A stretch of DNA of 64,000 nucleotides. Source: a virus. The translations under genes and the position numbers were made by a program. The notes beneath the pieces were generated by a model. That model was not told where the DNA came from. It saw nothing but the letters and a program-made list of their open reading frames with translations, and did no database searches. Of the stretch, positions 9,076-19,965 are shown in pieces; within the stretch, counting starts at the first letter, position 1, and each line of letters begins with the position of its first letter. Location: IMG/VR virus record IMGVR_UViG_3300044800_000286; one strand, 5' to 3'.

Positions 9076-9110
9076 GAGATGCGCTCCTTCACTAAGGAAC
9101 GGATAGTCAG

Positions 9111-9852
9111 ATGAACCGGCGAGAAATGCTTCCCAAATGGAGCCCGCTCCACTGGGAGCCGGAGCCCGAACAGAAGTTCGCGTTTTGCGAAGCGGCTACG
9201 GCTGGCGGCTCCCGCTGGCACATCCGGGAACTGACCCGCGGGGGAAAAATGCTCGGCGGGGGAGCCGACACTCCGGCGCTCTGTGGTCGTCGGGTCTTAT
9301 GGGGCATCAATACCGACATCAACGAGCCCCGACTACAGAGTTTCACTTGCCCGACTTGTGCACAAATTTACCGGGACAAGAGAACGTGAAGAAGAAATGC
9401 CACATCTGCCGGAAGTACGTAGGAAAGCGCACCTGCAACAAGCGCCCGGTGTGTTCTCGATGCATCCGAATTTTGGTTGAAATCAAGACGGAAACGGAAA
9501 CCAAATAATGCCAGAGGCGGAAAAGAAGCTGTGGGCCGAGATGGCTGCCGTGACCGCCCCGCTGTGCGCCGGGAAGGGGCCGGGGGCCTGCCGCGCTCCG
9601 CACTCCTGCTGCGACGCCATATACTGCCGAGAAGCCTTGGATTTCGCGGCGGAGACCGGCGAGGAACTGAAGCCGATCAATTACGATCCCCGCTTGCCGC
9701 TGATGGGTCCGGACGGCTGCATCGCGCCTCCCCATCTGAGGCCGATGTGCACGATGCACGTTTGCTGCATCAACGGCTTGGGATTCAACCCGCGCGATCT
9801 GGTGTGGACAAAAAGGTACTTCAAGCTGCGGGCGAAGCTAGGGGCGCATTAA
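9111..9852 (+). CDS. Cluster of small Cys-rich hypothetical genes (9111-9389, ~9386-9508, 9508-9852)
   Basis: Translationally coupled ORFs with CxxC motifs. Confidence 0.55.
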
Positions 9853-9890
9853 TCGCTCGGGGAATACGGTGAAACCGGCGTTCGGACTTC

Positions 9891-10244
9891 CTACTTCTCC
9901 TCGCCCCATAAAGTCTTCAATTCGTTTGTAATCTGAGTTCGGGCGTCTTCGCTCTTCACGGAGCATTGCACCTCAGTACCACCCGGTTGGAACTCAACGG
10001 CATCCTTCGGAAGCACGGTGCACACGGTCTGGCGCTTCTTATCATAAACCACGTTCAACGTCTCTTCCCCATGGGGAACTTTCCAAAGCGTGCGGTTGTT
10101 TGAGTGCTTAGCAACGAACTTCGCTTGGTTGGATTGAATCTTGGAAACAATTTCTCGCCGGGTGTGCTTGTTAAGGTTGACGCCGTACCGCTCCTCGGCG
10201 CGTTTCTTGGCATGGGCGTTCAGAATCTTCGGGGTCTTGGTCAC
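9891..10244 (-). CDS. Hypothetical protein (HAxxRAxERY motif, RelE/DUF4258-like)
   Basis: NAHAKKRAEERYG...VVYDKKRQTVCTVLP; GGAGG RBS before GTG. Confidence 0.6.
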   Translation of the reverse strand: MTKTPKILNAHAKKRAEERYGVNLNKHTRREIVSKIQSNQAKFVAKHSNNRTLWKVPHGEETLNVVYDKKRQTVCTVLPKDAVEFQPGGTEVQCSVKSEDARTQITNELKTLWGEEK

Positions 10245-10299
10245 GCCTAACCTCCGAGTCTCTTTCAGTTTACCGCAGTTTGCCGGTAGGCGGGCGCTT

Positions 10300-11475
10300 T
10301 TAGTCTCTCGCTTGGTTGAGGACGCTGCGGGGGACTCCGGCATCTTTCATGTCGTCCTCATCGAATGCGTCCTCGATCTCGCCCAGTCCCTCGGCCATGG
10401 CTCCGGTCAGGTTCGGGTCTTCCGGCACAGTCTCGATGTCCCCGGTGATGGTTATGCCGTCTCCCGCTTCGGCGTCAGCCGCCGCTAAGCTGCTAGTGCT
10501 AGCCGCCGTGCGCTGCGGGAGCCGCTGGTCCGTGCGGTCAACGGATACTTGCGTGATGGACAAGGGCGATTTCCTCGGGCCGGTGCGGACGGTATCGGGA
10601 CTGCGTTTCGGCAGATTCGTCACGCCCATGGCCTGTGTGCTCTCCGCCACCGCTACCACCCCGGCGCTGTCGCCGGGCTCGACTTGGCGGGGCGCATACA
10701 CTTGCTGCTTGCCAGCGTTCAAAGCTTCGCTTGTCAACGCTTCTGTCATCATCTCTTTTGCAAACTCAGCGATCTCCGTGTTAGCGCCGTGCTTCTCGCA
10801 CGCGGTAAACACGGGCTCAGCCAGCGGGGTCATATACCGCCCGTCGGCGAATTCGCGCGAGATGCGGCAGGGACAATTGTCCTTTTCAAGCTCTAGCCGA
10901 AATACGCTGGTCTTTTTGATCTTCATCACATACCTCTCAAGTTCTTCCCTAAGTTCTCGAACGGGCGCAGTCATGAAATACCATCGCTCGTATGAAAACT
11001 GATCGCCCTTTCCTCGGCTACAGCGCCAACAACAAACTACAAGATTGTCCTTGCGATACCCAAGGCTATTATCCTTACGATCTAGGTTGCTGGGGGCCTT
11101 CGATCCGCAGCAACGTTCACGATAGGGTCGCCAGACAATTTGCTTACCACAGTAATGATATGCTTGAGTACGTGTAAATGAAACAAAATCTTCAAAAGCC
11201 AAAGTCAGCAGTATGCTGCGGAGTTTGGCATGGTACAGAAGGTAGTTATACGCCGACTCAAAAGGTAGTTTACGGGGGGCCGTTCGTCTAACCTCGTTTT
11301 GTAAGCATCCGCAGCTTCTAGTGATGCCCTCCCTCAAATACACTGAAGGTTTAACCCCTATGCTACCGCATGAACCCTCACATACCCATTGAGCGTTGCG
11401 AGCCTTAGTTCTCGTTGCGTGCAAATATTTGACAGTAAGACGACCAAATACTTGCCCGGCAAGATTAAAAATCAT
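10300..11475 (-). CDS. HNH endonuclease fused in frame to a hypothetical protein
   Basis: N-terminal NLAGQVFGRLTV...LDRKDNSLGYRKDNLVVCCWRC. An internal GAGG RBS plus GTG/ATG near 10930 precedes a GC-richer acidic C-terminal part. Confidence 0.7.
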   Translation of the reverse strand: MIFNLAGQVFGRLTVKYLHATRTKARNAQWVCEGSCGSIGVKPSVYLREGITRSCGCLQNEVRRTAPRKLPFESAYNYLLYHAKLRSILLTLAFEDFVSFTRTQAYHYCGKQIVWRPYRERCCGSKAPSNLDRKDNSLGYRKDNLVVCCWRCSRGKGDQFSYERWYFMTAPVRELREELERYVMKIKKTSVFRLELEKDNCPCRISREFADGRYMTPLAEPVFTACEKHGANTEIAEFAKEMMTEALTSEALNAGKQQVYAPRQVEPGDSAGVVAVAESTQAMGVTNLPKRSPDTVRTGPRKSPLSITQVSVDRTDQRLPQRTAASTSSLAAADAEAGDGITITGDIETVPEDPNLTGAMAEGLGEIEDAFDEDDMKDAGVPRSVLNQARD

Positions 11476-11882
11476 CCCTCGCTCTTCTTTTTGAGCCTCT
11501 TCGCCTTGGTTGGGGCCGTTGACACCGGGGTTGGAGGAGTCTCGACCGGAGTCTCGACGGGAGCCGGGGTCGGAAACCCAGCGGGTGCGGGACCCCCGGC
11601 CTCCAACTGCGCGACCCTAGCCTCGGCGAGTTCGGCTCGGGCTTTCCAATCGGGCCCGCCAGGCACGATCAGATCGACCGCATAGTTGATCAGATGTAAT
11701 GGCTGAATCGCCGTCTGTGGCTTGCCGTCCGCGTCCAGTTTCGGTGTTCCATCCTCGTTGCGAACGGGGACCGTGATGTTCACCCCGAGGGCCGCCTGTC
11801 CAGGACCGACCGAGCGAAGCTGGAGATTCTCGGGAGTAACTTCAAGATATGCGTCGTTGTCAAGCAAGAATATGATTTTCAC
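11472..11882 (-). CDS. Hypothetical protein
   Basis: GGAGG RBS, with an AGTATTA motif upstream. Confidence 0.7.
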   Translation of the reverse strand: MKIIFLLDNDAYLEVTPENLQLRSVGPGQAALGVNITVPVRNEDGTPKLDADGKPQTAIQPLHLINYAVDLIVPGGPDWKARAELAEARVAQLEAGGPAPAGFPTPAPVETPVETPPTPVSTAPTKAKRLKKKSEG

Positions 11883-11927
11883 GAGTTAGCCTCCCGTGGG
11901 ATTAATACTCAAATTTTTCGACTCGGG

Positions 11928-12746
11928 CTAAAGTCCGACTGCGTGCCCCGTAAACAGCCCGCCGAAGAACCCGCTGACGTTGCCCCAGAAGAATCCCTTG
12001 AGCCAAGACTTCTTGGCCTTGGTTTTCTCGACGCCGATCTTGTCGTTGCAAAGCTTGTCGCTTTGGCCGACCTGCGTCACAAGCAGCGCGGAGTACTTCT
12101 GCTCGGTCGCCACCTGCGAGATCAGGGCGTCCGCCAGCTTGCTTTCGGAGTCAAGGGCCTTCTGCACGCCCGCAGTCGCGCGGTTGGCGTTGTCCACTTC
12201 GGTCTGCAAGTCCTTCTTATCCTGCTGAAGCTGCGGCACCAGTTCAAGCTGGGCTGCGGTCTTCTGGACTGTGTCCTGTCCGAGGGTGACAGTCTTCTGG
12301 TCGTCGGCGACCTTGATGTCGGCCGGGTTGAGGTTGGGCACGAGCGCCAAGAAACGCTTGCCAAGCTCGGGGATCGACGCGCTCAGGTCGATCTGCTGCT
12401 GTTGCTGGGTCTGCTTGTCCCGGTCGGACATGGCTTTATTGAGGGCGGCGTTCTGCGCCGTCACCGCCTGTATAATAGCCGCCGCCGTGGCCCTGTCCTG
12501 AGCCGCCGCCTGTTGCACCTGCGCCACCTGTGCCTTGGCATCCGCCGCGGCTTGCAAAGCCGCTGCAGCCTGCTGCTGCGTCTGCTGAAGCTGCGCCTCA
12601 AGCTGGGTCGCCTTGTTCTGCTGGTACGTCTGAAGGATGCTGTCCCCTTTGTAGAAGGCGAACACGCCGAACACGAGTATTGCGATCACGATAAGAAGTT
12701 TTTCATGTTTCTCAAGGAACGTGATTCCGGGAATGTCGAATGCCAT
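11928..12746 (-). CDS. Membrane-anchored coiled-coil protein (possibly spanin-like)
   Basis: N-terminal TM helix, long Q/A-rich coiled coil, hydrophobic Gly-rich C-terminus. Confidence 0.65.
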   Translation of the reverse strand: MAFDIPGITFLEKHEKLLIVIAILVFGVFAFYKGDSILQTYQQNKATQLEAQLQQTQQQAAAALQAAADAKAQVAQVQQAAAQDRATAAAIIQAVTAQNAALNKAMSDRDKQTQQQQQIDLSASIPELGKRFLALVPNLNPADIKVADDQKTVTLGQDTVQKTAAQLELVPQLQQDKKDLQTEVDNANRATAGVQKALDSESKLADALISQVATEQKYSALLVTQVGQSDKLCNDKIGVEKTKAKKSWLKGFFWGNVSGFFGGLFTGHAVGL

Positions 12747-12858
12747 GTTACCACCTTTATGCAACACCTGCAAAAAGAGTCAGAAAGTCGCATTATCTAC
12801 CCTTGTAAATACTGAGTTTTAGCTTGACTTGTATAAAACATTTTGCAACACTTGAAAA

Positions 12859-13086
12859 ATGAGCCTATGCACACACTGCTGTGAAAGGGAGGTTGAAGAC
12901 AAACCCCCCGGCAGCAGGGGACGAAGGCCCAGTACTACATGCTCTGTATGCCGCCGCCAACGCCAAGGCGTACGTTTTGTTTTAATGAATGGATCAACGA
13001 AGCTCTGGAGAAGCGCATCCGTTGTGGAAACTGAGGTAGTAGAGCTTCAACGTGCGATAGAGAGGCTTGTAGGGAGGAATCGATGA
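12859..13086 (+). CDS. Small Cys-containing hypothetical protein
   Basis: Two CxxC motifs; ATGA coupling to the HNH-AP2 gene. Confidence 0.5.
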   Translation: MSLCTHCCEREVEDKPPGSRGRRPSTTCSVCRRQRQGVRFVLMNGSTKLWRSASVVETEVVELQRAIERLVGRNR

Positions 13087-13574
13087 AGGAAATCCCGCTT
13101 TCGCAGGGTTATGTTGCGGTTGTAGACGACGAAGACTATGAATTGGTAAGCCGTTTCAAATGGTCGGCTTTAGTGAACCGCAGGAAAGACGGGACGATCA
13201 AACACGTTTACGCGGTTCGGACGGATAAATCCAACAAAATGGTGCTGTTGCACAGGTTTTTATTGGGCCTACCCCCCGGTCAAGTTCCGATAGTTGATCA
13301 CCACGACCGAGATGGGTTGAACAATCAAAAAGGCAACCTTAGGCGTTGCGGACTCTCGCACAACGCTGGCAATGCTCAGAAGCATACGGACGGCATAACT
13401 AGCAAATTCAAGGGAGTCTACTGGAACAAAAGAGCGCACAAATGGCAAGCACAAATTCAAAAAAGCAATCATCGTGAGTACCTTGGCGTGTTTCACTCCG
13501 AAGTCAGGGCAGCACAAGCCTATGATGCGGCTGCTCGGCGTTTGTTTGGCGAATTCGCACTTACAAATTTTTAA
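13083..13574 (+). CDS. HNH-AP2 homing endonuclease
   Basis: MKEIPLSQG...VDHHDRDGLNNQKGNLR...SKFKGVYW...YLGVF...AAQAYDAAA...GEFALTNF. Confidence 0.92.
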   Translation: MKEIPLSQGYVAVVDDEDYELVSRFKWSALVNRRKDGTIKHVYAVRTDKSNKMVLLHRFLLGLPPGQVPIVDHHDRDGLNNQKGNLRRCGLSHNAGNAQKHTDGITSKFKGVYWNKRAHKWQAQIQKSNHREYLGVFHSEVRAAQAYDAAARRLFGEFALTNF

Positions 13575-13660
13575 GGAACTATACCTTAGCGACTATAACT
13601 ACACAATAATCAATCACTTGCAGGTAGCGAAAACCTCCCGAACCGCTGTATACTATGGGC

Positions 13661-14323
13661 ATGGGAACGGCATCAATCCTGACAGCGCTCACGAAGGAAG
13701 AGATTCGCTTCCTCCTCACGGGGGACCAGCCCTCGTCGACGACCTTCTACTCCTATCTTTGGCTCCGCAGCAAGGACGGCACCCCGTACTATGCGGGGAA
13801 GGGAAGCAACGGGCGAGCTTATTCCACCAACCACAATGTCCGCCCCCCGAAGGACCGCTCCCTCATCGTCATCTTCCCGATGCTGAACGAAGCGGAAGCC
13901 TTCGAATCCGAGATGGCGCTGATCGAGTTGTTCGGTCGCCAGGACAACGGGACGGGAATCCTCCGCAATAGAACGGACGGAGGGGATGGACCATCCGGCT
14001 ACAAATTCACCGAAGACCAGCTTCGCAGGGTGACCGAAAAAAATCGCAAGCAGGCCGCCGACTCCAAGTGGCAGCAGGCGCAGGCAGAGGGGATGGCGAG
14101 GGCGGAAATGTTCGCCAGCCCCAAGTACCAGAAGAACGTCGCAGAAGCGAACCGCAAGAAGGCCGCCGACCCCGAGTGGCAGGAGGCGAACCGCAAGGGC
14201 AGCCACAACCGCTACCACGTCAAGGGTTGGTTCAGCGAGAAAACCGGCAAGCATTTTCCCCCGAAGCCCAGCGTGCGCTGCCCCCTGTGCTCCGAGCAGG
14301 GCCTTGTGGTCGCTTGGGGCTAG
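13661..14323 (+). CDS. GIY-YIG-like homing endonuclease
   Basis: FYSYLWLRSKDGTPYYAGKG...LRNRTDGGDG; leaderless start 6 nt after TATACT. Confidence 0.85.
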   Translation: MGTASILTALTKEEIRFLLTGDQPSSTTFYSYLWLRSKDGTPYYAGKGSNGRAYSTNHNVRPPKDRSLIVIFPMLNEAEAFESEMALIELFGRQDNGTGILRNRTDGGDGPSGYKFTEDQLRRVTEKNRKQAADSKWQQAQAEGMARAEMFASPKYQKNVAEANRKKAADPEWQEANRKGSHNRYHVKGWFSEKTGKHFPPKPSVRCPLCSEQGLVVAWG

Positions 14324-14370
14324 CCCGGCTTGCAGACTCAAAGGATAGTTACCAAGTTTAAGTAACCACA

Positions 14371-15678
14371 TTACTTATGCCGTTCCGCAAAACGCTTGCA
14401 AAAGCAAGGTGCCGAACCTTTTTCTTTTACCCAAGGATGAATCGCATGGTTGCTTACGTCTTGGCACCGAGCCCAAGTGCCCCGCGGGGATAGCCTGTGA
14501 GCCCGACGCTCATGAAAACAGTCGCCGCACTTGTCTGTCGGGAGCTTCCTCTTCTTGGCGGATTCCCGTTTCTGCGGTTTTTGCGAGATTTTCCGCACTT
14601 CGACCACGGATTTCTTGGACTTCTGGCGGGCCTCGCGGCTGCGCCCGTCCTTGCAGACTTCCTGCGTCAATACAGGAATACCCAATTCCGGGTCCAATTT
14701 GGCAATCTGACTGGCGGAAAACTTGTATTCGCGCCCGAATTTCTTAATGGCATCGCGGTAGTTCTTTATGCCGGGATCGATCTTCTTGAAGTAGTCCTTC
14801 ATCAGGCGGTCCTTCACGATGCAGTACAGGATGAAGAGGTTCTTTGGGGCCTTGATCTCTTTCCGCTTTAGCGCCGCCACGACGATTTTGGTGATCTCCA
14901 TGGGGTTGTGCTGCCCCTCGATCAATACGAGCTTCTTCACCAGCGCCGTGACCGTGCGCTGGCGGCTGTGGCGCTTGGGCTCGCCCGCGGGCTGCTCCTC
15001 GATGGCCTCGACGGGCTGGGCGCTCTCATCCATGTGGAGGTCTTCCTCGATCAACGCTTTTGCTTCATCGGCATCCTTGAAGAGTTGTTCGACAATAGGC
15101 CCAAAGTAAAACACCCTCATACAGGGCGGAACATGCGAAATATTAAGCAAATTTCTCACGGGCGTCTCCAAAAGTATGCTCTTGGTCTTTAGTGTCACCC
15201 GCACGACCGCCTTGCCGTCGCCGATAATTTCCACATGCCCACAAAAATCTCGCGTTTCACCGTTTAGGATACGGACGAAGCTGCCAACCTCGATGCCAAT
15301 TGCTCTCTTGCGGTGTTCTTCCTCTGCTTGTTTGATGAGTGTTTGGACATAGCTGTCCTCCACGGGGATCGCCTTGGACGGGCGGTTGGATTCTCCTTCC
15401 GTGACCAATGATACACATCCGGTGATTTGCTTGAGACGCAGCAGGCAACTAAAAGACGTGCTGCGGACAAAAATATATGGCCCGGTGCTTAGAGAAAAAA
15501 CATCCAAATCTCGTTCAACAACCGGTATAAAAATTTCAACAGGCTCATTACGAAAAATACCGTGTAGGGCCTTCCCCACACGTTTCATAGTGCTTTCAAT
15601 GGTCTTCTCCGAACGGAGTTCCAACATGTACCAAGTGAGGTTTTTAACCTTAGCGGTGTCGCCGTATAAAAGGATCAT
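14371..15678 (-). CDS. nusG: NusG-family transcription factor with a long C-terminal extension
   Basis: NGN domain (WYMLE...EIFIP...GPYIFVR) and KOW motif (IEVGSFVRILNGETRDFCGHVE). Confidence 0.8.
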   Translation of the reverse strand: MILLYGDTAKVKNLTWYMLELRSEKTIESTMKRVGKALHGIFRNEPVEIFIPVVERDLDVFSLSTGPYIFVRSTSFSCLLRLKQITGCVSLVTEGESNRPSKAIPVEDSYVQTLIKQAEEEHRKRAIGIEVGSFVRILNGETRDFCGHVEIIGDGKAVVRVTLKTKSILLETPVRNLLNISHVPPCMRVFYFGPIVEQLFKDADEAKALIEEDLHMDESAQPVEAIEEQPAGEPKRHSRQRTVTALVKKLVLIEGQHNPMEITKIVVAALKRKEIKAPKNLFILYCIVKDRLMKDYFKKIDPGIKNYRDAIKKFGREYKFSASQIAKLDPELGIPVLTQEVCKDGRSREARQKSKKSVVEVRKISQKPQKRESAKKRKLPTDKCGDCFHERRAHRLSPRGTWARCQDVSNHAIHPWVKEKGSAPCFCKRFAERHK

Positions 15679-15736
15679 CAGGGACTAATACTGAGTTTCT
15701 GTTGCAAACAGAAGTTTTTTTGTTTATAATAGAAAA

Positions 15737-16042
15737 ATGAACGACCGCTTAGTGACGTTTCTCTATGTTCTCATGCGTGACCATTTGACTCCGGGCGTGG
15801 TGGAGCAGCTTGTCCGCGAGCACGCCGAGAAAACGCCTATTGGGCCTTACCAAAGGGATTCGTACAGCAACAAACATCTGGCGAGATATGCCGTGGAAAT
15901 CAGCAAACGGTTGACAAGAAGAAAGACCGCACCCAGCGCCAAGAGACAAGAAGCGGCACGGAAGGCGGGTCTGGCAAGGGTAGAAAAGCGAAAGAAAGCG
16001 GAAGAATCAGGAAACGCGGGCTTAGCTGGAAACTCCCAGTAA
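15737..16042 (+). CDS. Hypothetical protein
   Basis: Leaderless ATG 6 nt after TATAAT. Confidence 0.6.
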   Translation: MNDRLVTFLYVLMRDHLTPGVVEQLVREHAEKTPIGPYQRDSYSNKHLARYAVEISKRLTRRKTAPSAKRQEAARKAGLARVEKRKKAEESGNAGLAGNSQ

Positions 16043-16447
16043 TCTAGTCAAAATCGAGACACGGGCGGTAGCTCTCTGGAGGTCTCCGGAAGCCGCAAGC
16101 TGCCCGTGCGACGGCTGGAGAAGGCATAGCCACCAAGTCATGGCGATCCCCCACCAATGGCCCCAAAGCGAAGCCCGATACGCGTGGCAGCTTATAGTCT
16201 CATCCTGATCGCCAAAGAAAAAGACGACGTTGCAAAAGATGTCGAAAGCGACCAGCGCCCTGTGCGGCCAGCCTTCGGCGGCAGCGAGGGCCTCGGCGGC
16301 GGCCACGTCGCCAATGACCCACGGCGCATCTTTGTGGCCCAGAAGCGCGCGGATGCTGGCGAGGATGAAGCCTATGACAAGCAGCCCGCCGATGGTGGTG
16401 GCGGAAAGCCCGAGAATCCATTCCAAGACGACAAGCAGGTGGTGCAT
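16022..16447 (-). CDS. Membrane protein
   Basis: TM segments; D...N...GDQDETIS motif seen in small phage proteins. Confidence 0.65.
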   Translation of the reverse strand: MHHLLVVLEWILGLSATTIGGLLVIGFILASIRALLGHKDAPWVIGDVAAAEALAAAEGWPHRALVAFDIFCNVVFFFGDQDETISCHAYRASLWGHWWGIAMTWWLCLLQPSHGQLAASGDLQRATARVSILTRLLGVSS

Positions 16448-16466
16448 AATTCCCCCACAAATAGGA

Positions 16467-17600
16467 TCAGATAGCTTCTTCGTCTCCCAGCAGGGCGGCG
16501 AGGGAGGAGGTTTTCGGGCGGATCGGGGCCGGGGCGGGGTGGGCTATGGCGGTGGCGGCCATGGACCGGGCCGCCTTGTTTTGCTGGGTCTTGAGTAGCT
16601 CGAACACGATGAGGGGGAGCACGTCGGCGGGCATGCCGATGGCGGACCACTTGATCAAGATGCCCGTCACCTCCCCGACGTTGGGCAGGCCCACGTATAT
16701 CCGCTTGAGCTCGGACTCCGGGTCGGCCTGCCACACCGAGCGGCTGTAAATCGAGAGCAGCGTCTCCACGATCCGCTGCGGCGTGGCGTTCAGCCCGATT
16801 TCGTCCGCCAGCTTGGCCGCCGCCACTTGGTCCTTCCTCGCCACGATAAGCAGGAGCTTCGTGCATTTGTCCTCAAGCGAGATGTCGATCACCGTGCGGA
16901 CAAGGTCGGACTTGACTTCCCCGAGCGCGGCCGCGGTGTTGAGCCATTGCACGGCATCCCGGACGATGCCCTTGGAGTGCCGGGCGATCGCTTCCAGCCC
17001 CTCAAGCTCGTACTTGATGCCGTTCTCCATGGCGATCTTCGAGAGCAGCCCGACCATCGTGCTGCGGCCGACACGCTCGAACGGAATCTTGATGCAGCGG
17101 GACATGATGGTGCGCTTGATGCGCTCCGCCTCGTTGCTCACGAAGATGAACACGGATTCGGTTTCGCCCTGTTCCAATATCTTGAGATACGCGCCCCAAG
17201 CCTCGGGGCTGAGGGATTGGGCCTCGTCGATCACGCTCACCTTGCGCTTTCCTAGCACGGGCAGGGACAGGGTGACTTCCACGATATCTCGGGCAGCCTC
17301 GACGCCCGACCTCAGAGCGCCGTCCACCTCCATGAAATCAGGATGCTGGTCGATGCCGGATTCGGCGATCAGGGCGCAGGAGGGGCATGTCCCGCAGCCG
17401 AGCGGGTCTTCCCCCGTGCACATCAGGGCCTTGCTGAACACATAAGCAGCCGTGGTCTTGCCAACTCCAAGAACACCGTATAAAATAACACCTCGGGTAA
17501 GAAAGTTCTGGTTCCGCAACACAGCTTGGAGTACATCGATAGCCCGTTGTTGCCCAACAATATTGGACCAAGTTTGAGGACGCTGTGAAATCAGATTCAT
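16467..17600 (-). CDS. dnaX: DNA polymerase III gamma/tau-like clamp loader subunit
   Basis: RPQTWSNIVGQ, Walker A GVLGVGKTT, Zn motif C..CGTCPSC, IDEAQ, SRC, GIVRDA. Confidence 0.92.
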   Translation of the reverse strand: MNLISQRPQTWSNIVGQQRAIDVLQAVLRNQNFLTRGVILYGVLGVGKTTAAYVFSKALMCTGEDPLGCGTCPSCALIAESGIDQHPDFMEVDGALRSGVEAARDIVEVTLSLPVLGKRKVSVIDEAQSLSPEAWGAYLKILEQGETESVFIFVSNEAERIKRTIMSRCIKIPFERVGRSTMVGLLSKIAMENGIKYELEGLEAIARHSKGIVRDAVQWLNTAAALGEVKSDLVRTVIDISLEDKCTKLLLIVARKDQVAAAKLADEIGLNATPQRIVETLLSIYSRSVWQADPESELKRIYVGLPNVGEVTGILIKWSAIGMPADVLPLIVFELLKTQQNKAARSMAATAIAHPAPAPIRPKTSSLAALLGDEEAI

Positions 17601-17612
17601 GGCTTAGATAGC

Positions 17613-19707
17613 CTAGTAAAACTCTTTATACGATTCAAATACTGAAGAAACGTGAGATAAGGTAAGTCGCGTTTGGCAAAGTTGCATGTCCGGCAGGTTC
17701 TTGAGCGCCGGGGCCAACTGCTCGACGGCTGCCTCCGGCGTCAAGGCTCCCCAATCCGAAATCATCACGGAAGCCGACCACGAGCCGAACTCATCGTCCT
17801 TCGTGGCATAAACCGCGTACCTATAGCCGGACTCGCCCACGATCTCATACTCATGCCGCATCGCGACTGTTTTAAGTTCGAGGCTCATTGGGGTTTCCAA
17901 ACTTGCTCGATAGCTCCACGAGGCAAAGCATCCCCGTGACATTCGCTAGGCAGCGCAGCTTGCCCGTGCCCGGCATGGGGGCGGGCTCCCCGATGAGGAC
18001 GATTCCGGGCCGGATTTCCGCCCCGTCCATCTTCGGAAGATCGAGCGTGCCTGTAACCATCAGTCGCACCAGTCCTTGGATCGCTCTTCGTAGAACTTCT
18101 CGTACTTCTCCCAGCATGCTGTGCAGCCGATGCCCCAGTTGCATGTCGGTTGCGCAAAAACTCCTCCCGTGAATCCCTTCCCCAATACGTAGCCGGGGCG
18201 GAACCGGAAATTATCGGTGCAGGGTCGGCGGGACCAATAGTCCAAGGCATCGTATTGCAGAAGCTCGTCCCGCATGCGCTTCAGGTCTTCCTCGGTCGCC
18301 TTGGGAGACTCCTTGCCCGTGAGGCTGATGCCGCGCTTCCACTCGGGCCAAGACGATACGCTGAGGCTGGCTTCGATGATGTTGCGCCAGAAGTCGCGGG
18401 TGCTCGGTCTGACGATGATGGAATTGGGCGTGGTCTTCCTGATCGTTTCGGCGGGCGGCACCTTCCACCGGATTCGCTTGCCCCCGGTGTAGTCCATGTA
18501 ATTGAAGGCCTTGCGGATCGTCCCCGACTGGCAGCCCCAGCAGAAGAGCTTGGGGTCCTTGGTGTAAGGGGCCGTATGGACGATTCCACCCCGATGGTTG
18601 ACGACAGGCCACTGCTCCTTGCACCAGACGCATTGGCTTGTGCAGGCGGTAAAAAGCTCCTTGTTCCTCATAACCGGCCCCGCTTTTTCCAGTATGCTCG
18701 CGCCGACGAAGCAAACGGAACACTGCCGCCCAGAATCGCAAAAACCGTGAGCCCCGCCCATTCGCCCTCTGCCATCACCGCACCGCTTTCTCCGACTCGG
18801 CGACAAGGACCTTGTGGATTTCGAACACATCCTGCCATAGGACGGCTGGGCCACTAACGGGATACTTGGCGGCTTCCTTACGGCACCATTCGAGAGCTTC
18901 CCGCCTCATGCGGTAGGCGTGCAACAGGATGCCCTAATTGTACACCGCCCACATCCGCTGGGGCTTAGGGTTTTTTCGAACGTCTCTTTCCATTCTTCAC
19001 CTTGAAATCCAGCACCACGTCGCCGGGATTTAGCGGCAGCGTGCATTTCCACGAGTTCGTGTTCGTGATGACGCGGTCCCAGCCGTTGATCTCCATGTTG
19101 GATACCAGGATCGTGCCGCCTTTGGTCGCCCGCGCTTTCACCTGCTCCAGCGTCTCGATTTTCCCGCCGAGGAAATAAAACGGGCTTGTCGCCGTGACCT
19201 TGGAATCCAAGTCCTCGTCCCCGCGGCCGCTAGTCGAGAACCGAAAGCCGTAGGGCACGGCGTCGTACCGCTCCTTGACCGCTCGGGCCATGCCCGTCGC
19301 TTTCTTGACATCCCACGAATCGATGGGCTTTTGGGTCGTCTCGGCGAAAAGCGTGCCGGGGCTGTAGAATGTGACGAAATGCTTCTTAATTTTGGGAACT
19401 ATACGCTTTGCAATGGGAAGATTTTTCAACTTTTTATCTCCCTTGTTTTCGAATCAAACGCACAAGCACCTTTGTGCCCTATCTTATTTTCACAGCGGAA
19501 AGGACCTAAATACTCATCGCATCGATTAACACTTAGGCCGTCCTGCTTTATTGCGATAAAATTGCGAAAACTTTCTCTAAAACCGCACCACTTGCACCAA
19601 CGCTGATAGCGACCATCGTCAAAAGGGCCGATAACTGGAGCATAATGCCAATCAAATTTGTGGGCTAGTCGCATAAACCAGCGGTAGCCAAACCAGTAAA
19701 GCCTCAT
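17613..19707 (-). CDS. Cluster of small hypothetical genes (17613-17888, 17872-18060, 18060-18671, 18965-19429, 19426-19707)
   Basis: Overlapping start/stop coupling and plausible composition. Confidence 0.55.
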
Positions 19708-19965
19708 AACTCACCTCCCATTGTCAAGCGTATAATTCTCAAAATTTAATTGACCTTGGGGCGGGATAGTCCTTACTCGATTTCGTCATACCCGCTCTCC
19801 TTGTTGACCTTGAGCCATCGCTCGAAGCACGCTTCGCACATCCAATACTGCTCCGTAAAATATTCTTTGCCGTCCAGCGTAATCGTCATGCTATAGCAGT
19901 GCGCGGAAGGCTTGCGGCACTCGGGCGGGTTCGTGCATTCGTGGCTCATCTCTTATGTCGCTGCG

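Noticed and set aside
16436-16455. IS1595-like end GGGAATTATGCACC (and GAGAATTATACGCTTGA at ~19723-19740)
   Set aside because: Short matches with no partner or duplication; the first is equally explained as an RBS plus ATG.
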